DNA from: Candidatus Methanogasteraceae archaeon UBA261
GTDB lineage: Archaea; Halobacteriota; Methanosarcinia; Methanosarcinales; Methanogasteraceae
Direction: 5' to 3'
Length of the DNA: 30,424 nt
NCBI GenBank assembly: GCA_002506015.1
Contig: DAWR01000136.1
Location: forward strand, 1-30,424
Positions 19,675 to 26,847 of the stretch are shown here, in pieces. Position 1 is the first letter of the stretch. Each line of letters starts with the position of its first letter. Below the pieces are notes generated by a model. It was not told where the DNA came from and made no database searches. It saw only the letters and a program-made list of their open reading frames with translations. The position numbers and the translations under genes are program-made.

Positions 19675-19763
19675 GCCACATAGAGCACAGAGTTTTCCCG
19701 GTCACACATTACTCACAAATTCCATCCTAAAATTTGTTACATCCATCTATGACCCTCTCTGGA
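19675..19763 (+). repeat. Family-2 palindromic intergenic repeat
   Basis: Imperfect terminal inverted repeats gccacatagagcacagag and catctatgaccctctctgga. The interior matches 8-60. Confidence 0.75.
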
Positions 19764-19879
19764 TCTATACTCATTGTTTTATCCAAGATAGGGTCATAAA
19801 AGTGCACAATGATAGATTAAAAGTGCTGGCGTTGAATAAAAGAGATTACTTTTGTGCATGGTGACATAGATCGGCAAAC

Positions 19880-19987
19880 ATGGTGATTAAGTGTAAGTAC
19901 TGTGAAGATCGCTTGCGGTTGCTTAACAGAACAGAGATGTAGTATGTCCCATGTTCCGGGTGTTTCCTGTATAGTGAAGTCCCATGA
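19880..19987 (+). pseudogene. Zinc-ribbon-like microORF interrupted by an in-frame TAG
   Basis: MVIKCKYCEDRLRLLNRTEM*YVPCSGCFLYSEVP*, a CxxC-x16-CxxC pattern with TAG at 19940-19942. Confidence 0.4.
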
Positions 19988-20106
19988 TAGTGTTTCAGGC
20001 ACTTGAGTGGTTACAAAATTTAAAAGTCTCCTGCGTGGATGGATAAAACTTATGTGTATAGAGCTTCTACAGTGCACACCGGAGGCGAACCGGAGGCGTT
20101 ATCACC

Positions 20107-20613
20107 ATGACTAGTACGGACGAGTTACAGGTACAATCATTACAAGATGAACTTGAGGACTGCAAGGCGAATAACAGAGCATTGACGATACTTGCTGGCG
20201 AAGTTTCGATGATACTCGACGAGATGGCAAAGACGGACGAGGCAAAGAGTATCTGTAGGATTATGGGAGAAGATGCGGGAAGACGTCTTGGCAAGAACAC
20301 GAAAGATCGCTTTGGCGCGATTGCCAAGGTGGAGGAAGCTCTGGACATTCTCCTATACCATACCGAATTGTTGCGCGGGTACCGTATCGAGATTGATCAT
20401 ATCGAAGATGGTACGATCTATATCAACGTACTCTCATGTTTTGTGCGAAACATTCTCAGGGATCGCAAACTCCTGACAGCATCCCCACTCTGTAGCATCA
20501 CGCGCGGATATCTCGAAGGAGCGTTGGAGGAGCTCACCGGAAAAAATGTGAGCGTAGAGATTGCGTACGGAGACGTGGACGGTGTGTGTCGGGAAAAGAT
20601 TATCATTAAGTGA
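20107..20613 (+). CDS. V4R/MetOD1-like small-ligand-binding domain protein, paralog 1
   Basis: MGEDAGRRLG helix, SCFVR, SPLCSITRGYLEGALEELTG, GVCRE. Three Cys at 111, 129 and 161. SD ggagg upstream. Confidence 0.75.
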   Translation: MTSTDELQVQSLQDELEDCKANNRALTILAGEVSMILDEMAKTDEAKSICRIMGEDAGRRLGKNTKDRFGAIAKVEEALDILLYHTELLRGYRIEIDHIEDGTIYINVLSCFVRNILRDRKLLTASPLCSITRGYLEGALEELTGKNVSVEIAYGDVDGVCREKIIIK

Positions 20614-20771
20614 ACTGGAGATTTTCCCACTGCATTGGATACCACTCTTGTAGCACATGACGTTCCAGTGGCATAAACGGTGCCATATTGATTTGTGGAC
20701 GCAAAGCAACGCTCATAGGCGTTGGTCTAACAGTATGTATCTAACACTGGAAACCCCTCGCTAAATAACAT

Positions 20772-20779
20772 TTATATGA
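20772..20779 (+). promoter_or_regulatory. Putative TATA box for paralog 2 / radical SAM unit
   Basis: tttatatg about 35-40 bp upstream of the ATG at 20813, followed by SD ggag. Confidence 0.5.
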
Positions 20780-20812
20780 AAGTAACCATACCAGTAGGTT
20801 GGAGATGTTACC

Positions 20813-21319
20813 ATGCCCAACACCAAACAGATGCAGATAGATTCACTGGAAGATGAACTAAAGGATTATAAAGCCCTTACCAAGGCATTAACGATACTCG
20901 TTGGTGAAGTTTCATGTATAATGAATGACATGGCAGAACCAGAAGAGGCTGCAAACTTCTTCGTGCATATGGGCGAAGCTTCGGGAAAGCGGCTCGGGAA
21001 AGCGACAAAAGAGCGTTTTGGCGAGATTGAAAACGTGGAAGAGGCTCTTGACACGTTCATTCATCACACAGACATGTGGTATGGATATAAGATGGAACTC
21101 GACCACATAGAGGGCAACGAGATACACATCAATATATTCAAGTGTTTCATACGTGACATTCTCAGAGATCGCAAACTCACGACCGAGTCCCCGCTTTGCA
21201 GCATCACGCGCGGGTATCTCAGAGGAGCGTTGAAGGAGCTCACCGGAAAAAATGTGGACGTAGAGGTTGTGTATTGTGACGTAAACGGTGTCTGTCGAGA
21301 GAAGATCATAGTCGAATAA
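20813..21319 (+). CDS. V4R/MetOD1-like protein, paralog 2
   Basis: Same length (168 aa) as paralog 1 and 102/168 identical by manual gap-free alignment. Has an extra Cys at 155. Confidence 0.78.
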   Translation: MPNTKQMQIDSLEDELKDYKALTKALTILVGEVSCIMNDMAEPEEAANFFVHMGEASGKRLGKATKERFGEIENVEEALDTFIHHTDMWYGYKMELDHIEGNEIHINIFKCFIRDILRDRKLTTESPLCSITRGYLRGALKELTGKNVDVEVVYCDVNGVCREKIIVE

Positions 21320-22521
21320 TGATGGATGCGAAGATCAAGGCGATTCTCATAGCAGAGGGCTCGGCGGAGATCGATCCGGAGATGTCTGGCAGCCTACCAG
21401 CGTCGGTGCTGGCATCGAAGTCGACTGCAGGACCTGGCGCGGGGGTTGCTTCCTTCTTCTTTGAGTCGAATGGGCATCGTGTTCGGCTGGATGCTGTGGA
21501 TGACCCGGAGGCACTGCTCAAGGTTCGTCGGCTGAGCCAGGGGATGGCAGAGGCAGATCGTAGCATGCGTATGGTTGACGCGTCACAACCTCAGCAAGAT
21601 GTGGAGTGGAAAGGAGATGCAAAAGCATATAGTCGTCTGTCACTGTCGGAACCGCCCGCAACCTCTGCCACCAGTGAAATGCAATCCCACATGGAATCAA
21701 TGAGCAAGGGTTCCTGTAGCGAAACCGACGAGGTTGCAATCTTTTACGATGGTAGAGAGCTTGTGCGCGGCAGAATCGAGCCCGCGCTGCTACACTGCCC
21801 AGGGCAGGCATACATCACCATGAGCGAATCCTGTGTCTTTGACTGTACATTCTGCCCGGTTCCACGGCTTGCTGGCAGGACCAAATCCATAGAAGAGATT
21901 GTGGAGATGGTTGATTGTGCGTACCGGACAGGAGAGTTGCACGCGATTGCACTCACGTCAGGAATCGAGCGTTCACCCGAAGAAGAAGTCGCGCGGGCTT
22001 GCACGGTTGTGAAATCGCTCACAACGTACAACGTCCCGATTGGGGTATCTGTGTACCCGACCAGTGACTCGTCCCTGCGCCTGAGAGCAGCTGGCGCTGT
22101 TGAGGTCAAGTACAACGTGGAGACCATGGATCGAAGAATCTTCAAGCGCGCGTGCGCTGACATGGATCTCGATTTTGTGCTTGCAGCACTTAGGGAGGCT
22201 GTTGCAATCTTCGGCAGAAACAGGGTCTTCTCAAACTTCATAATCGGTCTCGGGGAGTCAGACGAGACCGTGAAGAGTGGTGTTCGGGAGCTTGCCGGAC
22301 TGGGTGTGATCCCGATTCTTCGTGCGCTCAATCCCCACCCGCTCCGCCCTGACCTGTTGGATACCTGCCCGGATGCAAGACGTCCGGATGCTGATCGACT
22401 GCTCAGACTTGCACAATTCGAGCGCGAGGTTCTGGATGCATGCGGCTTGCGCGCTGACGTCGCGGAGACCATGTGCCTGCCGTGCGGAGGATGCGATCTT
22501 GTGCCGCACCGAGATGTGTGA
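21319..22521 (+). CDS. Radical SAM protein, biotin-synthase-related (COG2516-like), with internal insertion
   Basis: CVFDCTFC (CxxxCxxC), STAGPGAG, LLHCPGQAYIT, VKYNVETMD and C-terminal CLPCGGCD. TAATG overlap with the upstream gene. Confidence 0.88.
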   Translation: MMDAKIKAILIAEGSAEIDPEMSGSLPASVLASKSTAGPGAGVASFFFESNGHRVRLDAVDDPEALLKVRRLSQGMAEADRSMRMVDASQPQQDVEWKGDAKAYSRLSLSEPPATSATSEMQSHMESMSKGSCSETDEVAIFYDGRELVRGRIEPALLHCPGQAYITMSESCVFDCTFCPVPRLAGRTKSIEEIVEMVDCAYRTGELHAIALTSGIERSPEEEVARACTVVKSLTTYNVPIGVSVYPTSDSSLRLRAAGAVEVKYNVETMDRRIFKRACADMDLDFVLAALREAVAIFGRNRVFSNFIIGLGESDETVKSGVRELAGLGVIPILRALNPHPLRPDLLDTCPDARRPDADRLLRLAQFEREVLDACGLRADVAETMCLPCGGCDLVPHRDV

Positions 22522-22696
22522 GAGCAGGAGTTATCCGGCTGCCTCACGAAACAGCGATACCTTTGAGATGGGCAACTACCCTGAAATGGCTCCTGCATGC
22601 CAGCCTCCGCATAAATACGCTTGGGACAATTGGAGTGGTGATATGCTGGCACTCTCAATTCCTGGATATCCAAAGTCTAAAATCTGTCGAAGAGAC

Positions 22697-22722
22697 GTAC
22701 GTGTTTAGCTAACCAACATACG
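22697..22722 (+). repeat. Apparently empty shell-I element
   Basis: gtacgtgtttagctaaccaacatacg: left arm as at 15003 and 23771, directly followed by a degenerate right arm with no core. Confidence 0.6.
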
Positions 22723-22757
22723 AAGAGACAAGAAATGATCGTGGAGAATGTATCGAA

Positions 22758-23075
22758 ATGAACGACAACCCAATCGATTTCAAAAACATGGGCTGGGAGA
22801 GTCCCGCACCAGGAATTCGGTACAAAGTGTACGTCCGGGGCGATCAGCGGATACGGCTGGCGGAGTTTTCAGAGGATTTCAGTGAGCCAGACTGGTGCAC
22901 CAGAGGGCATGTTGGATATGTTCTGGAGGGGAGAATCGCAATCGACTTCAATGGTGAAATAATCGACTTCAGGTCCGGCGACGGGATTTTCATTCCGGAG
23001 GGTGAAGAGAGCAGGCATAAGGGCAAAGTCGCCAGAGGCGAAAAGGCGTTGATAATTCTATTTGAAGAGGCGTGA
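22758..23075 (+). CDS. Cupin-fold protein
   Basis: 105 aa with WCTRGHVGYVLEG, FRSGDGIFIPEG and RHKG cupin-like motifs. Confidence 0.8.
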   Translation: MNDNPIDFKNMGWESPAPGIRYKVYVRGDQRIRLAEFSEDFSEPDWCTRGHVGYVLEGRIAIDFNGEIIDFRSGDGIFIPEGEESRHKGKVARGEKALIILFEEA

Positions 23076-23261
23076 GCGTCCTGTTCCGGGATCCACGATC
23101 ATTCGAACCATTGATCAAATTAAATCCATACGGCTGTAGGAAAGCTTCTGCTAACGGCGCTCTCTTGCCATAAGGGTCCTGCACTATGTGTCACGTCGGA
23201 CCATGTATGCAGGCAAACCCGCGTCCGCGCCGACCCGCGTCCAGAGGTAGCATACAATGAA

Positions 23262-23399
23262 TCAGCTGATCCCTTCCAGACAGTCAGTCATGAATATGCA
23301 GGTGAGGCACAGGGACTGCAGGTCTTCATGCCACTCTGACACGTACCGCTTGTCATACGCCTCAGCACGCGCATCGGTTGAGGTTTTATCTCTGTTCAT
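23262..23399 (-). CDS. Possible 45-aa Cys-containing microprotein
   Basis: MNRDKTSTDARAEAYDKRYVSEWHEDLQSLCLTCIFMTDCLEGIS*, with tttata about 30 bp upstream of the ATG. Confidence 0.3.
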   Translation of the reverse strand: MNRDKTSTDARAEAYDKRYVSEWHEDLQSLCLTCIFMTDCLEGIS

Positions 23400-23476
23400 C
23401 TCATAGATATATTTCTCGCGAGAGGTATAAATAGACATCTGATCGCAGGGGGTTGTAGAGTTACAGGTGACGCATC

Positions 23477-23737
23477 ATGGCCAACAAAATGAAAAAAAGA
23501 GATAATCCGTGGGCGTATGTCAAACGGAAGTACAGGTTGAATGCTCGCCATATAGCGATGGCTAAGGAACTTGGGATACGTCCCAAGAAGTTCGGAAGCA
23601 TGGCTCCCAATAAGTCTGAGCAATGGAAGGGACCGCTTGGAGAGTTTATTGAGGAATGCTACTACAAACGGTTTAAAGACAAGGAGCCGGAGATATTCAA
23701 TCCAAATGAGACGAAGAAGGGTCAAAAACAGAAATGA
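23477..23737 (+). CDS. Small basic conserved hypothetical protein
   Basis: 86 aa. The W..KRKYRL..RHIAMAKELG..PKKFG...EQWKGPL.EFIEE.Y.KRF pattern resembles a widespread uncharacterised family (from recall). Confidence 0.7.
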   Translation: MANKMKKRDNPWAYVKRKYRLNARHIAMAKELGIRPKKFGSMAPNKSEQWKGPLGEFIEECYYKRFKDKEPEIFNPNETKKGQKQK

Positions 23738-23770
23738 TTTGGTGAAAGCGACCAATCAAATTATTTAGCG

Positions 23771-23868
23771 GTGCGTGTTTAGCTAACCACAATATTACAC
23801 AGATTCCCACAAGATTTCTGTCTTGATCTCGTGAAATCTCGTGGTTTTCGCCTTATCTAAACACATAC
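23771..23868 (+). repeat. Family-1 palindromic repeat, copy D (62-bp internally deleted core 23785-23846 in shell I)
   Basis: gtgcgtgtttagct-aaccacaatattacacagattcccacaagatttctgtcttgatctcgtgaaatctcgtggtt-...-atctaaacacatac. Lacks the inner ctgcg/cgcag hairpin. Lies between convergent genes. Confidence 0.88.
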
Positions 23869-23903
23869 ATTCAAAAAGCAAGGACAACCGCTCTAAGATT
23901 AGA

Positions 23904-24215
23904 TCATCCCGGGCAGATCTCGCAGTGTTCGTCCTCCCTGATCTTCCTGCAGATCTTGCATATTCTCATCATCAGATAATCGGTCTCGCCTCTGGCGATA
24001 TCGGCTGCAAGATCGGCTATGGCATCCTTGACACCATCCTGCAATTCGATCTTGGATCCCCTTTTGTTGGATACATACTGTGACACCGCTGCCTGCGTGA
24101 TTCCAAGTATCTCTGATATCTCTTTCTGGGACATCGCCTTCACGAGTTCTTTTGCCAGTTCGGATCTGATGGCAGGGAGCACATACCATACCACGTTTTC
24201 GCAGGGGACTTTCAT
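23904..24215 (-). CDS. Xre/HTH transcriptional regulator (COG2522-like) with Cys-rich C-terminus
   Basis: PCENVVWYVLPAIRSELAKEL, HTH MSQKEISEILGITQAAVSQY, and tail CKIC...HCEIC. Confidence 0.88.
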   Translation of the reverse strand: MKVPCENVVWYVLPAIRSELAKELVKAMSQKEISEILGITQAAVSQYVSNKRGSKIELQDGVKDAIADLAADIARGETDYLMMRICKICRKIREDEHCEICPG

Positions 24216-24240
24216 ACTACAATCACAACCTTTATATGCT

Positions 24241-24252
24241 TAACAATTGTTA
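24241..24252. promoter_or_regulatory. Perfect 12-bp palindrome TAACAATTGTTA, candidate operator
   Basis: Sits between a minus-strand TATA (tataaa, 24231-24236) for the HTH gene and a plus-strand TATA (tatataaaa, 24268-24276) for ycaO. Confidence 0.5.
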
Positions 24253-24314
24253 TGTTAGCGATACTCGTATATAAAAGAAGGCGTTGTCGTCTTCGAAGTG
24301 AACGAGGTGATCCA

Positions 24315-25550
24315 GTGAGACTAAAATCATGTATCAAAAAATATAGAAAGGACACACACAGAGCGGTCCCTCCGGAGGAGACGCTCTCCCGCATCGAGTC
24401 GAAGATGGTGGCGGCTGGCATAACAAGGGTTGCTGATATAACAGACCTTGACAGAATCGGCATACCGGTCTTCTCAAGCATCAGACCGACCGCAGATGAC
24501 GGCGCAATCTCCGTCTACAATGGGAAAGGTGCAACGCCGGCAGAAGCCAAGGTCTCGGCGATGATGGAGGGCATAGAGCGCTACTCGGCAGAGGTTCATG
24601 ACAGGGAACTGGTGAAGGGGCGGTTCTCGGAGTTGAGCAGTGACAGAAACGCTCTCAATCCTGGTGAACTGATCCTGCCGCACCCATCAGACCACGATCA
24701 GAGTATCCAATGGATCAACGGATACGATCTGGTGAACGACGAGGAGATACTCGTGCCTGCCGATGCGGTATTCCATCCACTCCCGCTCTCCGGGGACAAT
24801 GGCGCACTCTTCCGGACGAACACGAACGGTCTGGCATCAGGAAACGAGATCGAAGAGGCGATATTCCACGGGCTTTCAGAGGTGATCGAGAGGGATGCAT
24901 GGTCGCTCATCGAGGCGTCTCGAAATACCGGTCCGAACATCACAATCCCCGAGAACGGAATGATCAGAGATCTCCTGGATAGATTTGCGGATGCAGAAGT
25001 CTCGGTGCAGATCAGAGATATGACAAGCGACATTGGGATCCCAACGTTTGCTGCAGTCTCGGATGACACCCTGCTGAAAGACCCTGCGCTTCTCACAATC
25101 GGGATGGGGACTCATACGGACGCGCATGTTGCGATGTTAAGAGCGATAACAGAGGTTGCCCAGAGCAGGCTGACCCAGATACACGGCGCAAGAGAGGACA
25201 CAACAGTTGCAGAGTTCCGGAAGAAGATCGGCTATGAGCGGACAAAGAGGATCAACAGATACTGGTTTGACATATCTGATGAAACCAGAGAGAGCAACTT
25301 CGATTGCGGTACATCGTTTGAGAGCGATGATTTTCTGGACGACATAGAATACATGAATAGGAATCTTGGAGACGCCGGTCTGGAGCGGATGATCGTTGTG
25401 GACCTGACAAGGGACGAGATCAATGTTCCCGTTGTCAGAGTGATCGTTCCGGGGCTGGAGGTCTATGCGATGGATTCTGAGCGGATCGGTACGCGGTGTA
25501 AAGATGAAAGAAACAAGAATCGCCGTTTTCATAGGTCCAAGCGTGGATAA
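24315..25550 (+). CDS. ycaO: YcaO-family McrA glycine thioamidation enzyme
   Basis: ITRVADITDLDRIGIPVFS, VYNGKGAT, MEGIERYSAE, TNTNGLASGN, EVIERDA, EVAQSRLTQIHGAREDT and VVRVIVPGLE. GTG start after the strong SD gaggtga. Confidence 0.95.
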   Translation: MRLKSCIKKYRKDTHRAVPPEETLSRIESKMVAAGITRVADITDLDRIGIPVFSSIRPTADDGAISVYNGKGATPAEAKVSAMMEGIERYSAEVHDRELVKGRFSELSSDRNALNPGELILPHPSDHDQSIQWINGYDLVNDEEILVPADAVFHPLPLSGDNGALFRTNTNGLASGNEIEEAIFHGLSEVIERDAWSLIEASRNTGPNITIPENGMIRDLLDRFADAEVSVQIRDMTSDIGIPTFAAVSDDTLLKDPALLTIGMGTHTDAHVAMLRAITEVAQSRLTQIHGAREDTTVAEFRKKIGYERTKRINRYWFDISDETRESNFDCGTSFESDDFLDDIEYMNRNLGDAGLERMIVVDLTRDEINVPVVRVIVPGLEVYAMDSERIGTRCKDERNKNRRFHRSKRG

Positions 25551-26175
25551 GGAGACTGCAAAGGATATCCTTGATACGGAGTATGATATAGAGTACCTGC
25601 CGCCTGCAAAGCGAGGAGACGTTTCTAGAGCGGCTAACGATGGTGTAGAGATTGTATGTCTCATAGATGGAGTATTTTTTCAGGATTCTGCAGTAGCTCA
25701 CCGAGAGATCCTCTATGCCCTTAAGAAAGGGGTTAATGTGATCGGATCATCGAGTATGGGGGCACTCAGGGCATCCGAACTGGATCTGTATGGGATGGAG
25801 GGGGTTGGAAAGATATATGAGTGGTACAAAAGCGGAAAACTCGTATCAGACGATGAGGTTGCTCTCTTCTTTGACCCGGTGTATTTCAAGCCCCTCTCTG
25901 AACCACTGGTCAACATACGGCACAATCTCGAGATAGCAGAAGCAAAAGGGGTGATCGATGGGGATGCCTCCAAGAAACTTCTAAAGATCGCAAAATCCAT
26001 GTACTTCCCTGATAGAACATACCAGCGGATACTCGATGATGCGGAAGGCGAGATAGATTTTGAGGCGCTCAAGCGTTTCAGGAGGTTCATCGATCAGGAA
26101 AAGAGGGATTTGAAGATGGAGGACGCAATCGAGGCGCTGGAGCGGATAAATGAGATATGTGGAGTCATAAAATGA
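25504..26175 (+). CDS. tfuA: TfuA-related McrA thioamidation protein
   Basis: VFIGPS, PPAKRGD, IDGVFFQDSAVAHREIL, GSSSMGALRASEL, DDEVAL and PLSEPLVNIR. Overlaps the ycaO 3' end. Confidence 0.95.
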   Translation: MKETRIAVFIGPSVDKETAKDILDTEYDIEYLPPAKRGDVSRAANDGVEIVCLIDGVFFQDSAVAHREILYALKKGVNVIGSSSMGALRASELDLYGMEGVGKIYEWYKSGKLVSDDEVALFFDPVYFKPLSEPLVNIRHNLEIAEAKGVIDGDASKKLLKIAKSMYFPDRTYQRILDDAEGEIDFEALKRFRRFIDQEKRDLKMEDAIEALERINEICGVIK

Positions 26176-26453
26176 TTATTAAATTAAAAGCATTCGCAAT
26201 CTTCGGAGAGGTTCTCGGAAAGGAACGTAGCGTCGAACTGGGCGGAAAAGCCACTGTGTCGGATCTGCTCACCGAGCTGTGCACACCTCCTGGTGATGGC
26301 GCATACGATCTGATATTCAACGGATCCGGTATGATCAAGAAGCATGTGCATATACTGATAAACGGGAGGCATATCCTGTCCTTAAGCGGGATTAAAACCG
26401 AACTTGTGGATGGCGACGAAGTTGCGATATTCCCCCCCGTGGCAGGTGGTTAG
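26172..26453 (+). CDS. Ubiquitin-like sulfur carrier, ThiS/MoaD/SAMP family
   Basis: 93 aa beta-grasp pattern ending DGDEVAIFPPVAGG with a free C-terminal GG. ATGA overlap with tfuA. Confidence 0.93.
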   Translation: MIIKLKAFAIFGEVLGKERSVELGGKATVSDLLTELCTPPGDGAYDLIFNGSGMIKKHVHILINGRHILSLSGIKTELVDGDEVAIFPPVAGG

Positions 26454-26454
26454 A

Positions 26455-26847
26455 ATGATCGAGGTTACAGAAGACGATTTCACAATCGATGAGATTATTG
26501 GGAAAGCGAAGCATCCTGATTCCGGTGCGATCGTCACATTCCTTGGCATCGTGCGGGACGACGAGATCGTTGGTATGGAGATCGAGGCGTATACGGAACC
26601 TGCCTTGCAGGAACTCGGGCGGATACGAGACGAGGCACTCGAGCAGTTTGATCTGACCTCGCTTGACATCATCCACCGCACAGGAACGCTCTCTGTGAGC
26701 GATAACATACTGCTCATCGTGTGCGGCGCCCCGCACCGGAAGGATGCGTTCGCTGCATGTGAGTATGTGATGGACGAATTGAAGGAACGGGTACCTGTAT
26801 GGAAAAAGGAACTATCAGAGGACGGGGGGCGATGGGTGAATGGATGA
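26455..26847 (+). CDS. moaE: Molybdopterin synthase catalytic subunit
   Basis: GAIVTFLGIVRD, IIHRTG, APHRKDAF and ELKERVPVWKKE. Start MIEVTE 1 bp after the moaD-like stop. Confidence 0.93.
   Translation: MIEVTEDDFTIDEIIGKAKHPDSGAIVTFLGIVRDDEIVGMEIEAYTEPALQELGRIRDEALEQFDLTSLDIIHRTGTLSVSDNILLIVCGAPHRKDAFAACEYVMDELKERVPVWKKELSEDGGRWVNG

Noticed and set aside
19817-20077. 86-aa minus-strand ORF in the rpl23/V4R spacer
   Set aside because: No recognisable motif or SD, and it overlaps the promoter region of the V4R gene.
20078-20098. Direct repeat accggaggcg x2 before V4R paralog 1
   Set aside because: A small duplication of the SD region; no evidence of a function beyond ribosome binding.
20697-20730. 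GGACGCAAAGC...GGTCTAA resembling the c-di-GMP-I (GEMM) riboswitch
   Set aside because: The GCAAA/P2 arm with a GNRA tetraloop is missing, and the site lies upstream of the next TATA, so it would not be in that gene's 5' UTR.
21744-22673. 309-aa antisense ORF over the radical SAM gene, and other long shadow ORFs (e.g. 16231-16941, 16415-17086, 27878-28570, 3564-4157)
   Set aside because: They lie antisense to or overlap well-supported genes, are Ser/Arg-rich and motif-free, and are typical codon-bias shadows.
23217-23242. Short GC-rich direct repeat acccgcgtcc x2
   Set aside because: Only two 10-bp copies, with no other occurrence seen in the window.
4317-23846. Repeats considered as a CRISPR array
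   Set aside because: Copies are kilobases apart, with no regular repeat-spacer period and no cas genes.
8527-26453. Genome-wide reassignment of TAG to pyrrolysine
   Set aside because: tgtA, rpl2, rpl23 and the GG-terminated sulfur carrier end at TAG at their expected lengths.
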